A stretch of 64,000 nt of DNA from Eledone cirrhosa (taxonomy: Eukaryota). The DNA lies in the NCBI GenBank assembly GCA_964016885.1, contig OZ024743.1, positions 19,096,001 through 19,160,000 of the forward strand. The letters run 5' to 3'. The notes below the pieces were generated by a model. It was not told the origin of the DNA, did not search any database, and saw only the letters and a list, made by a program, of their open reading frames with translations. Within the stretch, counting starts at the first letter, position 1, and each line of letters starts with the position of its first letter. Positions 29,882-43,676 of this stretch are shown one piece after another. The position numbers and the translations under genes are program-made.

Positions 29882-30180
29882 TATAATAAAAGTAATGTTG
29901 ATGGTGATGATTACTAGAAAATGCTATTTTCGTCATTTCTAAAAATAGCAAAACAATTGATGCTTTGGATAGGGTCAAATTGTAGTCGTTAGACATGCTC
30001 AACCAACCGTGACGCCTAAACCAATCAGCTTTAGTAATCCAGTGAAACTACACACCGATTGGTCGAAATACAGTTTGCAAGATTTAGTATTCTGGAGCCA
30101 CTTTTCACTGTATATAAGGCACAACACTTACCCATCTCATTACAGTTGAAAATTGCAAACTTGACTGTCACCACACATTA

Positions 30181-30219
30181 TGAACCTGAAGATTGCGAAA
30201 GCATGAAAGTACTTGTTCA
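30181..30219 (+). ncRNA. Minimal HHR in the PLE pseudo-LTR (inverted copy at 25872-25910)
   Basis: tgaac-CTGAAGA-t-tgc/gaaa/gca-t-GAAA-gtac-TT-gttca. Confidence 0.8.
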
Positions 30220-30331
30220 ATTAACACTTAACATTTAATATTCTACCATACTATTCCATGCTAATACCATTATACATGTTAAAGGATTGTAAATAAAACG
30301 AATAAATCAGACAAAGTTGGAGCTCCTTTTA

Positions 30332-30368
<37 letters not shown>

Positions 30369-30374
<6 letters not shown>

Positions 30375-30599
30375 ATATTTGGGGAGGGTCATATTTGCGT
30401 AATATTGCCAGAATTAATAACAGAACACACTCACTGTTTGGTTGGTTTTCGCTTCTCGCTGTCTTTTATATATATATATCAGCGATCTAACTTACTCGGT
30501 CCTCAATGTTGCCATTGACTGACCGGCGGTCAAAAATAACAATATCTGTTTCGACACACGATTTCATATAAAAAACCTCGCAAAACTAATTCATCGCCG

Positions 30600-30600
<1 letters not shown>
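30369..30600. mobile_element. Family C copy with an internal inversion relative to 4438-4663
   Basis: 30369-30538 is the reverse complement of 4438-4606, followed by the same 60-bp tail in forward orientation. Confidence 0.75.
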
Positions 30601-30631
<31 letters not shown>

Positions 30632-30637
<6 letters not shown>

Positions 30638-31035
30638 GACGTAAAATAAGAAAATTTAAAAATTTAAAAATTAACTTACTAAAATTTTCACTCCAACTAA
30701 TTAGTTTCTGTAATGGGAGTCTATTCTCAGCTAAGTCCCCAGGGGATGCGCGGACACTAGGAACTCATATAAAAATAATAATTCGATGGATGGAACAGCT
30801 AGCGGGGACTGAATTCCATAGCACTGAAAAAGTTCACTGTCTCTCGTCAAGTGGCAGATTCTAAAGAATCAATCACGTGACACTGAGGCTAGTCAGTAGG
30901 AGTGGGATGGTATTATGACAAGAAACTACTACCACTACATGAATTAGCAGTGGATTTAGCAAGTTTGCTCAACAAATAAATAATTTGGAGATAAATATAG
31001 AGAATTAGTATATTTACCAACATATGCGTACAAAG
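30632..31035 (-). mobile_element. Family F copy with the HHR 5' core deleted
   Basis: Reverse complement of about 10380-10836; reads gactccc|attacagaaactaattagttggag and lacks TGATGA and most of stem II. Confidence 0.75.
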
Positions 31036-31059
31036 GTCGCTCATCAAGACCAAACTTTA

Positions 31060-32930
31060 AAGAGCAAAGATCGTGTCCATCCCATATCAAGTCAGCGTTT
31101 TGGCTATTGATTCTTGCTTTTCTAACCGGCTAACCTTCTTTCTACGCATCGCTTACTCGAATCACGAGTTGATATTTTCATATGACCATACAGTATAAGT
31201 ACTCTTTAATTTATAGCTGATGTGATTGGTTTAGGCTTGGTAATGTTTAGTAGCTCATTGGGTCGTTTGTTAGTCATAAGACGCATGATGAGGTTCTGCA
31301 ATGTAGAAATCTTCTGAAGTATCCGTGTTCTCAAATTAACACTATCAAGACCATATAACACAACTGGTAGAATGTAAATGTCACAGATCCTTGCCTTCAA
31401 ATGATAACTCGTTTTGATGTTAGCACTTTTTGTTGAAATTTACCCACCATAGAGTGATGCGATATTGCAACGTGACCATTCTATTGTTGTTTGCTGGTAG
31501 ATTATGACCGAAATATAAAACTCCGTCACTTCAGCAATTTGCTGGTTTTAGATTATGACTTGGAGATTGATATCGCTTTTGTCAGTTGTCATACACTTCA
31601 TTTTGGAGATGTTGATGTATAAGCCAATCACTAGTTCACGAGATTACTCTCTCTCAATACGAAGAATGTAGATCCCTCATCTGGGAAGAGCCATTTTGTG
31701 TCACGTTCTCCGCATCCACCCTAGTCGCTTCGGCCCCAACACAAATCTCGGTACTGCAGCGCGCAATGCAGAGGAAAAGAAAACAAATATATACCAGGGA
31801 TTGTTCGGCAGCTTCCTCTTCGCACCGGTCACTGTCGAAAACTCTGGCGTACTCGCATCCAGAACTTTTCGCAAGATCGGAAGGTCAGCAGCCAGTCTGA
31901 GGAAGTAACCTTATGAGTTGAGTTGGTTGTTGAAGCGGGTTTCGGTGGACTTTGTCCGCGGAAATGCTTATACGGTCTATCCGTGAGACGCAGCTCCAAC
32001 ATCACCACGCCCTGGGCCTAGAACCAATCAGCCTCTCCCCTTTCCCTACACCTTCTTTCTGTGACCCTAGAATCCTTGCTTTTTCTTTTTTTCCCTCACA
32101 TTTGAGGCTTTCAGAGACCTTTCTTCTACTTTCCCATACATCCAGATCTGCCCTTCCTTACCTCTTCCTCATTTTCTCATTATGTAATTTTACTGATTAA
32201 ATTATGTACGGAGCCTGATAAGAATGATGGAAGATTAATTGAGATATGTACTCCTAGCACATTTTAACTTGGAGCATGTTTAGCCAGTACATTCAGAATG
32301 ATTTGCAGATCAGTCCTAGAGAATCTCCTGAGGGCCAAATCGCCTGCATATCTAATATTTTATAAGACTTGATCTCCTGTTTGATATCGAGAGGAGCATT
32401 GTTCTTCAGTTTGGTATAATACAGAACGATACAGAACGGCAGTGCTGATAGTACATCACCCTGCTAACCTCCCTTCTATATATCTATACACTGTGTAGTT
32501 CCCAGTCGTTTTTGTATATATGCTGTTGAGTTGGTGTACGTTTCTTTCAGTAAGTTGATATATGTCCTGATACTTAAGGATTTGTTTAAGAGTTGCCATA
32601 TGTTGGTTAGTTTCACATTGTCAAAAGCTTTTGTGAATTCAATTAAGTTGATGTGCACAATGTTGTTGAATTCTATTGATTTCTCAATGGTTTGTTCAAT
32701 AGCTAGGATCTGTTCAATAGTGTCTCCTCCAGATGTATACGCAGCCTGGGTTTCAGTAAATAAGGCGGAAAAGTCTGACTACACACGTGGTGCAACGATA
32801 CACGCGAAAAGCCTGTTAACATGACTCAAAACGCTGATAGGGTGATATTTCCAATAATCAAGTTTGCTATATTTTTTATTGATTAACACTACCAATGATT
32901 TCTTAAATATATCTGGGTTTTTTTCAGTGG
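31060..32930 (-). mobile_element. Decayed RTE-like LINE RT region, interrupted by an insertion
   Basis: PISVLSH, EFTKAFDNV, QGDVLSA, GLYINISKMKCM, YILPVVLYGL in broken frames. Confidence 0.75.
31665..32200 (+). mobile_element. CRE-like non-LTR 3' fragment (restriction-like endonuclease)
   Basis: GTAARNAEEKK..YQGL..FLFAPVTVENSGV...IG...ELSWLLKRVSVDFVRGNA resembles the CRE-clade C-terminus, followed by a pyrimidine-rich 3' UTR. Confidence 0.65.
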
Positions 32931-35900
32931 TGATAATAAATCGGTAGAGCGTTAGAAAAGATGTTTTGTGACATATAGTTACTCCACTTTACGTTCTCAG
33001 TTGAAATCTTGTCGTAATTTGCGTTGCCTTTTATCCTTACGAGGTCGATAACATAAAGTACCATTAACACACTGAGGTCGATCTAATCGTGTATCTCCTC
33101 TTCCAACATTGTTGCCCATGTACCTATATCAGAAACCGTTATAATGTAACAATGCTGACCTTGTGCCGATATTAGAAGGAATTATGACATAAAAATGATA
33201 CAAAAACTGGACTATGGATTTTCCTATGAATCTGCTATAGATTTATAGATTTACCAGGGTATCATTACAATACAGTGTAATTTAAAATGATAAGTTTGTC
33301 TTATATTTGCGTAAGTAGTTCTTAATTTTGATTCGATTTAACTGATTCATTGTGTGAGTTGAACAATTACATTTGATCTTTTATTCTAATTGTTATACAA
33401 ATTAAGATTCTTTTTATTCACATCAACCTACCTGCCGGGGTTTTAATTTACTTTAATCTAGAACACTGGCTGAACGACTAAATAATATTCTTTCTGGTTG
33501 TTAAATCCTGTGTAGTGTTGTGTAGCTATGGAATAATCATATCACAGTAGAAACAATAAGAATAATCTTACCGGAATCACGAAACTCCTATTTAACTGCA
33601 TGGTATCAAATAAACCCTACACCTTTCTAATCAGCAACAAAAGACTTTAAATGTTTATTCTTATCTACACGAATATCATTTCACTATCATTAAAGCACCA
33701 GTTTTTCTAAAACTTATTTCTGGCTTCATGTATTGTACACATCGTGATTTTGATATATATTATAGTACGAACTAAATGTACGAACTACAAATGAGAAAAC
33801 GGTACTGTTCTAATACAGAGTAAAGCGGCTCTTTAATATTGAAATATCAGCAACTACTAATTTAGTGAAAATTATTTAATAGATATGCTGATATATTCTC
33901 CGTAGATCTAAAATTGTGTATGATTTGTTTTGGTATTTCATAATTAATCGAGTAACAAAATGTTTACCTGTTTCTCATGCTTTCTCCATATAAGATGATT
34001 GTAAATGGGAAACTTTAATTTCACAGAGCTAATTACATTTAAAATAAATTGATATATGTTTGATTATTCTGCAAACTATTAAAATAGACTTTATTAATTG
34101 AGTTATTATTTTCTAATTATTTTCAAAGTGCTTAAGATAACATTAGTTGCAATTTCCTTTAGTGAATACTTATCAATTTTATATCTAATTGTTTATCTTA
34201 ATTTACATATATTTGAATCGATAATTATACAGAGTATACAACGTGAGTGCTTTGAAATATTTTCCTTGAAGATTATTTGAGTATATTCTGGTATGAAATC
34301 AAAAATTACTCATAAATCTGTTTCATTAGTTATATCTAATTGGAAACAGATTCTATAGAATGTTACAATAGTGAAACATTTTAACTGAGCATATGTTAAA
34401 TACTATTGTTTCAGAAAATTAGACAACACTTTACAAGTATCAGCGTTCATGTTAGAAGTTATTTTATGTTGGGCACTCTCAAAATTAACTACCAACATGA
34501 GCCTTGATAACATGCCAATTTTTAAGTTCATTTTAGCATCAAATGCTAAGTGTATATATAGTATATAAGACACCGATGCATATCTCCTTCTGGTTGTTTA
34601 TATGTTGTACATAATCTTTTCGGATGGCAAACACAAGCCTTTCAAAATCGATATTTATAATTTCTTTAGTTAATGTGAATTACATAAAGTTTTAGTCTTT
34701 ATATACAATACTCATATTTATATATACATATTTATATATACTTGCTTACATCGGAATTATAGAGGAAAATATAAGGTTAATGAATGCTGTTTAGCGAACG
34801 ACTTATATGTAACAAATGTAGATGCATATTTAATTCATTTTGTATCACTAGTATAGTTCATTATATATTTCTAATAACACAATCCATGCTTCCTTGTATT
34901 TACGGCAGTTGGTTTGATGCAGAATTCTTTACAGTTCAGACAGAACAGATATCATTTAAAACATTTACATTTGAAGCCGTTTTATTGGTTACCTCAAACA
35001 TGCTTCCAGCATTCGGCTATTTAATGCATTGTAAGTTATATATATATATACACACATACATACATGCATACACACACAGACACACACAGACACACACACA
35101 CACACGCACACACATTAAGATGTTCAGTTTGCAATAATTACTTCCTGAGTTCGATCAAAATCTGTAGGACATTGTGGAGGGGGTGTCATTTACTAGAGCC
35201 TTGGTTCAGCCGGATCTGTATGGGTGATATTGTGTAGACGTGAACTCTTTGGACGCCCACCGAATTGGCTGGTTCTGTATTTCAAAGGGCTTTCACTTTC
35301 ATAAAAATTATGACATGAGTGGAAGTGTCTGTAGAAGTTTCAGTCACATACAAGTTAATGTCATGAGCAAGCTGTTACGTTGGTCAAACTAGTTTAGCAG
35401 TCATCGTCAAGATTAATGTTGGCGCATTCTATGAATATGTATTTGATGGAGTTCCAGACTTTTTCCGGCTACCAATATCTACTCACATCATTGGTTATAA
35501 CAGGGGTATAACAGAATAATCTAGCCGAAGATGCCTTAAAGACAAATAAGCCTGAAACCCCAGGGCTATTTCGCAAATGTCAACATTACAGGTAATCTCT
35601 ATGCCCCAAGAATGTATATTAGGGTTACGAATTTATTTTTTAACCTAAAGCTGTCCTCGCTTCTTCCGCTTCAGTGTCAACGAATTAATTTGGTTTTAAA
35701 TATGTATTTATTATTTTATACTTTGAGTTGTAACATTCTAATATTCATTTCTCCCAACCTATATTATTTAACATGTAAAAGATTTTCTTTTCTGCACACT
35801 GGCATTTTAGTTCACCCACTCTAAATTTGAGACATCAACAAATTACAATTTGAATGAAATAATACATAATAGCGTTATTTCAAAACCATTCCTTTCTAAC

Positions 35901-36993
35901 TAGTAATCAATTATTGTTGAATTAATTTCTCGTGTAACCAGACTACATTTTTGTGTTCAATTTTCATTTATATTATGACCAATCCTACATTTTCTATATC
36001 TTAATATAGTTTATATCAAACAACTCAACTGAATTAATTTTTCTTTCTAGCATAAAGAGTTACTGTCTTCTTATTGGTTTCTACATTTTCTTCTAATTCA
36101 TATTTACGTTCTTCTTCTTCTTAGTCGTCGTCGTCTTCTTACTGATATTGTTGCTGATGTTGTCCATGATGATGTCATTGTTAATGAGTTGTCTGAATGT
36201 TTAGAATGTTTATTCTTGATCTTTGTGTTTCTGAGTTCAACTTCTTTCGCGGTCATCTTTACCTTTCATTATTCCGAGGTTAATTAAATAAGCATATGAA
36301 TAGAACATTTGAAACTATCCATCCGTCTATATCACATCCCGAATGCTGGCCATTCTGCCTACGCACTCATTTATATATTTAACAATGGTGTATTCAGGTC
36401 AATATTGCTCCAATATAAGTCGGGATTTCAGCCGAGGTTATTGAGTAGATAGGTGTTCCCCCTTCTGTGTTAAGTAAGAGGTGTTAGTTTCCTCTTATCT
36501 GCAATGGTAGTCGTTGGGTGTGCACCACTCAAATATTTGAGGAGAAAACTTTACATCTGAGATTAGAAACTTCGCTAGCGTCTCCAAACATTACTAATGA
36601 AGTGAAGTGATGAAGAGTGGCTGGATTGGTTTGGTCAAATAAGCCAAAATTAACTGTTTCGGAGGATAACAGCGACAGTTGGGGTCCAGGTGCCCCATAT
36701 TACATTGTGTGATTTGATATTTTGTTTGTTCTCGTTTTGTTTTACATTGTTACTACTATTCATTAACAGCTACTTATAGTAAGTATCTATCTTTAGTTGT
36801 AAGTACCTATCATACACAATGTACATTTCCTGTTGTTTCTTATTTGTTGTTCCAATATATTTGTCTATTTTGTACTATACACAATACTTTTCATTATTCG
36901 TTGTATACTTACTAGTCTGTAGCCCTTAAGCTAACATGCATTTGTTATTCGAAAGCCCACCTCACAGCTTTTAGAAAAAGAATTATCTTCCAG

Positions 36994-37278
36994 GCGAAAG
37001 AACAGGCAGATGTTTCACTAAATGGAATAGATGAAGTTCAATTAGCTCTGAAAGCAGTGGCAATCGCTGCCGCAACGAAACCAAAAACACGGAAAGTGCA
37101 TGAAAACTCTGTAATCAACTTCCCATTAATGGAAATAGCATTATTACCATCACTGTCACGACAAAACAAATCAACGCAGCAAACAGGAGCTGCGGCCAAA
37201 ACACCACAATCACAACCGGCAGCAGAATTAAAAACAATAGAAATCATTATAATCGTCCAAAGGGTCTGTACTCAATGA
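36994..37278 (+). CDS. Candidate terminal exon of the same unidentified gene
   Basis: ttatcttccag| acceptor; phase-0 open frame AKEQADVSLNGIDEVQLALKAVAIAAATKPK...VCTQ*; phase-compatible with the 14718-14821 exon. Confidence 0.4.
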   Translation, partial: AKEQADVSLNGIDEVQLALKAVAIAAATKPKTRKVHENSVINFPLMEIALLPSLSRQNKSTQQTGAAAKTPQSQPAAELKTIEIIIIVQRVCTQ

Positions 37279-39270
37279 CCAACCCTTTCTCTCTCGTCTC
37301 TCTCAGCCCACTCTAATCACACACGCACACACTCACATATACAAACAAAGCACTTCCATCGCCATGAAAATCACATTTGTCCCAAAAGGTTGCATCGTGG
37401 TCTTCCAAAATAAAGTGAAAAGCAACCTCGTAAATCAAAATACAATAATAATCTATTCTATCATACAACAATTCTCACTCCAACAAATGCGAAACAGACA
37501 CCCACGCAGAAACATAAACATATTAGCAACAACTCCAACTGATATAGAGTTAGGACAACCCAATCTCCAACAGCACTTTTAAGTAATTATACATCTATTC
37601 AACCAAAGGTTAGTAATTTGTATGCATTCCGTTTGCTTCAGGTCGTAAGAGCAGAGCTTACGACTAACCTTGATATCCTAGAAAATAATAAGAAACTAAA
37701 AATATTATTCTTTTGGCATCATCAAAGATCGACACATTGGATTCTTATCTATAAGGGTTCTTTCAATAACGTCTTTTATATTTCCCCAAGGTTCACCTTT
37801 TCCTACGAAAATAAAATTAGACCACAGAAAATATAATTCAGATGTGTATGTCAGATTGTTGTGAGGATATTGAATATATCAAATATCCGACATTTAAAGA
37901 CAATATATACTATCTCGTATGAAAGCATACGTTTCGTATTTGAAATCTCACCATAGATTATCATAATTCCTTTTTCAATATGCACAAAAGAGATGAAAAT
38001 TAATATGTTATATCCAAATATTTTCATGTTAGATATTTATTGGCAAAATTGTAAACACAGAACATAATCTTATCAGCTTTCTGGGTAACCTGATACGAAT
38101 TTGTTTCAGTTTCGTTTTTCACCAGAGTAGCATGGAGATAACACTGTTTATACAATTGGCAATTCTATTAGTAATGATGGCCAGTAGCTGCAAGCAAGTG
38201 TTGAAATCTGATCAGAGAAAGATTGTGCTGGGAGTTTACCCTCACACATACAACAAAGAATTTCATTAATATACAGTAGACATTACACTCGATCGAAGCC
38301 TCTAACAAAAAGGCCATCTTATATTTAATAAGGATATTTCTACTGCAATTTGCCATGTCTATATTATCAAATTACAAATGGTTTCATTTTGATATACGGT
38401 GATATTAAGAACGTTGAATGTGAATTAATGGTAAGATCAAAAGAAATAAGAAATAATGCTATTTTATTTCTCCGACTTGATAAGAATGTACTTGAAATAT
38501 AATCTTATATTATATTATTAGGAATTAATTTTATCGCATTGCACCAGTTTCAGCATATGCTTTCAACGGAAACACGCATGAGTGAAAGGATACTCATACT
38601 TGTATGACTAAAATAAAAGTATACGAGCAGTTTCGATACATTTCAATCACATTAACGCTGATAATGTCTGTGAAAAATGCATACATGAGCCTCGCAAACC
38701 AATGATAAAAGGATGATATATTTATATATATTTATAATAGTAAAACTTCTGTTGAGATTATTAAAATGGTAAATGGGCAATTGGCATAGCAGTTATAGTG
38801 GAGCATCTGACAAAATGTGTCAGAGTATTTAGTTACATTCTGTTGAATTTTCATAGCATCTGTAGAAGGCTGAGAAAATAAGTAAGAATGTTATATATTA
38901 TACGACTTAATCCACTATACCCTACTCGAGACATGTGATCCTGTGTCAAGCGTGAGTATTATCTTTTTAAGCAAAGACGTTAATAGAATTTAAGAATCGA
39001 TAGATTTCTGGATAAATATAATGTGACGTGTTACTTGTCTGAAGCTTAAATTTGGTTTTTCATTATCCTGCAGAGGATAAATAAAGTATCAGACAAGCAG
39101 TCAAGTACTAATACCACTTCAATCGTCGCCAATCCTACTCTAATTGTGCTGCCACCTATCTCTGCATTTATTATAGTTATAAAGATAGATATTGAATACT
39201 TTAGTTGAATACTATAGTTGAATACTATAGTTGATTTTATTAGTTAAATCAATGTGTTTCTGTTCTTTAG

Positions 39271-39303
39271 GGCGGGTTCAGCGCTCGTTATGCAGAACAA
39301 TGA
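39271..39303 (+). CDS. Possible alternative short terminal exon
   Basis: Strong acceptor tgtttctgttctttag| followed by GC-richer sequence reading GGFSARYAEQ* in phase 0; other frames cannot be excluded. Confidence 0.25.
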   Translation, partial: GGFSARYAEQ

Positions 39304-41058
39304 CCAAATGAGTAACAGCCATCACAATCAGATCCTTCACTCAAGTATTGCGTATTTGGGTCTAAATTATTCATTGTCGCCTTCCATTTGCAAAATTGTA
39401 TCGTATTTGATAGATATTTGGCAGTTATTGTTTGCATGTTATCATGTATGTACTGCTTTCTTGTTCACTTGTTTAATCATTAGTATTTTATAATTAGTGA
39501 TATCAGAGTGGCAGAATGACTAGAGAATTGAATAAAATAGTATTGTTGCATTAATAAACGTCAAATTCAGAGTTCAAATCCTGCTTGCATTTCATTCTTT
39601 CGTGTTGATAAAATAAAGTATCACACACATACTGGAGTTTATTTAATCAACGCTGCCATTACACAAAAATGTGCTGACCTTGTACCAAAATAAGAAATCA
39701 ATACCAGTACATGTGCCGTACGTCATGAAGATGTAACGAGAGAAATATTCTAATATTTTATTAAATGCTGTTATTCCTAATGTATCAGATATGATCGATA
39801 AAATAATATAAAAATGTTAACGAAATGAAGCATTGCACGAAGTGTGAAGCTACAATAATTTAGGAGTAAATGTTCTGTCCAGAACTATAATGTCAGATTT
39901 CAACTCACGACAACTTGATCGGTTTTCCAATATTTCAGTCACTACAATTCATTACTCTTTTTTTTTCACATTTAAATGATTAAAATAACATGCAATTAGT
40001 TTCTTTATTAAACCCAATATATTCAAAATCATAAAACTGTATTTAGAGAATGTCGATCATGTTCTATCTGGTTCTTATTAATGGTATAATATGATGGTTA
40101 ATTGATTGTAACCATCAGACAATTCTATCGCTAATTCATCATTAAATTATCATTATTAACACGTCGCAGTCATTAAGTAGTTTTGTTGTTACTTGAATAT
40201 TTCTCATATTTATTTATTTCTATATCAATTTGTTTTCTTATCTGGTTTTACTCTTCTATATTTATGGCAATTATATCAGTGTTTGCAAAAGAAATACTAG
40301 CATATTAAAACTGTTTGAATGCGATCTTCTAATCGTCTCTCACTGTATTACACACAAACCTGGATTTTTGTCCAAAGATATTTTTGACAGATGCACGCTA
40401 AACCATATTATTGTCATTGTTGAACTGTTAGAAAAGCGAAATCAAACTTTTGCACCGTTCACCAGCAAAGATAAAGCCCATAAAGTAAATAGATAGAATA
40501 TAAAGTCAAGAAAATATAACCATTTCATTTAAAATGTTAGTATTGTTTTCAACACGGCGTTAAACAACGACTAGAGAAAATATATATAACGAAGTATTGG
40601 GCTTTCAAATATATGAAGAGAACGACTTGAAAAATCAATTAATCGATCATATTAAAGCAGAGGAAATTATATATTAAATTTTTCGTCAAAACAAATCAAC
40701 ACAATCAAGACAGGCAGTCAGCTAGAAAGGTGTTACAATATTATTAATTATTTCTTACAGCACATAACATCTACTTCTATGATGAGACTTCCTGTTGTTC
40801 TATGAAGGAGATGGCCTACTTACCAAATTTACGTGTAAATAGTGAGATTTCCATTGAGACACGTGAGCTAAATATATGTCTAGAGAGATTCGACGTGACA
40901 CAATAACAAATACATCACATTCGATGAGTTTACAAATCTTCCGACTAACTAGTTTCACTAAGAATGATTACGTTAAAAAGAGAGTATATTAAATTTGCCA
41001 GAAGGTTAAATAGATTCTGGTAAAATGAACTATGTAATACACACGCACCCGTTCACAA

Positions 41059-41093
<35 letters not shown>

Positions 41094-41233
41094 GTTAGAG
41101 AAGCAAAACATTGCTTATTGTGATCCATTTTTTGGTTAAGAAAGCCAGTTTCATGGATGGTTTCAACGTACGGTTAGGGGTAACTCCACAAGTTTGCTTT
41201 TATTTTTGTCAATATTATCTTTATTTTTATTTA

Positions 41234-41278
<45 letters not shown>

Positions 41279-41296
41279 ATGTGTATGTGTGTGTAT

Positions 41297-41353
<57 letters not shown>

Positions 41354-41356
41354 AAC

Positions 41357-42978
41357 AATTAATATCTAGTAACATATATATACATACAGATGCATATCAA
41401 TGCTAGCAAATATATAGGTTTTGTCTTAGTAACTTTGTGGTTCAATGCATGGGGTTGCAGAACAATAATATGAGAGACGTAAAATAAGAAAATTATAAAA
41501 TTAACTTACTTACTAAAATATCACTTCCAACTAATTAGTTACTGGAATGGAATAAATATATTTTCCGAAGAAAACATACGGAAAAGCATTCCGTCGTCAG
41601 GGAAGACTATTCTCATCTAAGTATCCAGGCAAAGCGTGGACTCTGGAAACTTATTAAAAAATAATTCAGTGGATAGAAAATAGCAAAGCGTGGACTGGAT
41701 TCCTAGCCATTGAGAAAATCACTGGCTCTATCCACTGAATTATTTTTTAATAAGTTTCCAGAGTCCACGCTTTGCCTGGATACTTAGATGAGAATAGTCT
41801 TCCCTGACGACGGAATGATTCTCCGTGTTTTCTTCGGAAAATATATTTATTCCATTCCAGAAACTAATTAGTTGGAAGTGATATTTTAGTAAGTAAGTTA
41901 ATTTTATAATTTTCTTATTTTACGTCTCTCATATTATTGTTCTGCAACCCCATGCATTGAACCACAAAGTTACTAAGACAAAACCTATATATTTGCTAGC
42001 ATTGATATGCATCTGTATGTATATATATGTTACTAGATATTAATTCTTTATAAGTATATCCAAATTATTTGTCGGGCAATATTGGCCATGACTGCTGCTA
42101 TGGTAGCAGGCAGGCCGCTGTCTTATTAGCAAACCACTTTCCACTGATTGACCTCGATGTCACGTGATTGATTCTTTTTGAATTTGCCACCGACGCAGAA
42201 GCAGTGATTTTCTCAATGGCTAGGAATTCAGTCGACGCTTTGCTATTTTCTATCCACTGAATTATTTTTTAATAAGTTTCCAGAGTCCACGCTTTGCCTG
42301 GATACTTAGATGAGAATAGTCTTCCCTGACGACGGAATGCTTTTCCGTATGTTTTCTTCGGAAAATATATTTATTCCATTCCAGTAACTAATTAGTTGGA
42401 AGTGATATTTTAGTAAGTAAGTTAATTTTATAATTTTCTTATTTTACGTCTCTCATATTATTGTTCTGCAACCCCATGCATTGAACCACAAAGTTACTAA
42501 GACAAAACCTATATATTTGCTAGCATTGATATGCATCTGTATGTATATATATGTTACTAGATATTAATTCTTTATAAGTATATCCAAATTATTTGTCGGG
42601 CAATATTGGCCATGAATGCTGCTATGGTAGCAGGCAGGCCGCTGTCTTATTAGCAAACCACTTTCCACTGATTGACCTCGATGTCACGTGATTGATTCTT
42701 TTTGAATTTGCCACCGACGCAGAAGCAGTGATTTTCTCAATGGCTAGGAATTCAGTCGACGCTTTGCTATTTTCTATCCACTGAATTATTTTTTAATAAG
42801 TTTCCAGAGTCCACGCTTTGCCTGGATACTTAGATGAGAATAGTCTTCCCTGACGACGGAATGCTTTTCCGTATGTTTTCTTCGGAAAATATATTTATTC
42901 CATTCCAGTAACTAATTAGTTGGAAGTGATATTTTAGTAAGTAAGTTAATTTCATAATTTTCTTATTTTACGTCTGTC

Positions 42979-42981
<3 letters not shown>
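41357..42981. mobile_element. Family F array: about 370-bp inverted partial unit plus about 2.4 direct 524-bp units, four HHRs
   Basis: tccactgaat recurs at 41731, 42253 and 42777. HHR cttcc-CTGACGA-c-ggaatg..cattcc-a-G(A/T)AA-ctaattag-TT-ggaag at 41524-41605 (-), 41799-41878, 42321-42402 and 42845-42926 (+). Confidence 0.9.
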
Positions 42982-43042
<61 letters not shown>

Positions 43043-43067
43043 ATGTGTGTGTATATATATGTATCTG

Positions 43068-43102
<35 letters not shown>

Positions 43103-43415
43103 CTCTTTATATCCCCCCCCCTCTCTCTCTCCCTCTCTATCCATCCCTCCCACTATTATCTATTTAATTCTCTTTAACTCACTACACTCCACGACATGAT
43201 GTCTGCTAACAAAACTGACCAAAGAATCCTTCCACCTCTACCCCTACCTCCACCTCAGTTTGTCATTCTACTTCCTACCTCTTCCCCCTTCCTCTCTCTC
43301 TATACTATGCCGTATGTCCCCTCACCTCCTGATTCCTCTCTCTCTATACTAGTAAATACAATTCCAAATAAATATTTTTCCCTATATATTAAGAATTATT
43401 TTAAGAGTAACTCAC

Positions 43416-43517
43416 TATTTTGAAAATTTGGACTGTGAACAACAATTATAATTGAGTGGCTGCTATTTGCAGTATAGCAATATAAGTTTGCACTTACCAA
43501 TGAAACGGTCGTAAATA
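43416..43517 (+). ncRNA. Type I HHR (UUGAAAA variant) in a PLE-like 3' remnant (about 43090-43566)
   Basis: tatt-TTGAAAA-t-ttgg...ccaa-t-GAAA-cggtcg-TA-aata. Confidence 0.6.
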
Positions 43518-43564
43518 CTTGGATTAAATCCTTCTCTTAATGCTTACCTGTGTTTTCTCTTTTA

Positions 43565-43676
<112 letters not shown>

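Larger units (their letters stand above)
25726..30337 (+). mobile_element. Near full-length Penelope-like element (Neptune-like) with an inverted 5' pseudo-LTR
   Basis: About 25750-25948 is the reverse complement of 30142-30337. The element ends in (TA)n and contains a broken RT plus GIY-YIG ORF. Confidence 0.92.

Noticed and set aside
37038-37247. Cys-containing minus-strand ORF
   Set aside because: It is the antisense shadow of the better-supported plus-strand frame, which has a splice acceptor.
41728-42981. Tandem array as a CRISPR or classical satellite
   Set aside because: The 524-bp contiguous units have no spacers, there are only about 2.4 copies, dispersed relatives exist and the context is eukaryotic.
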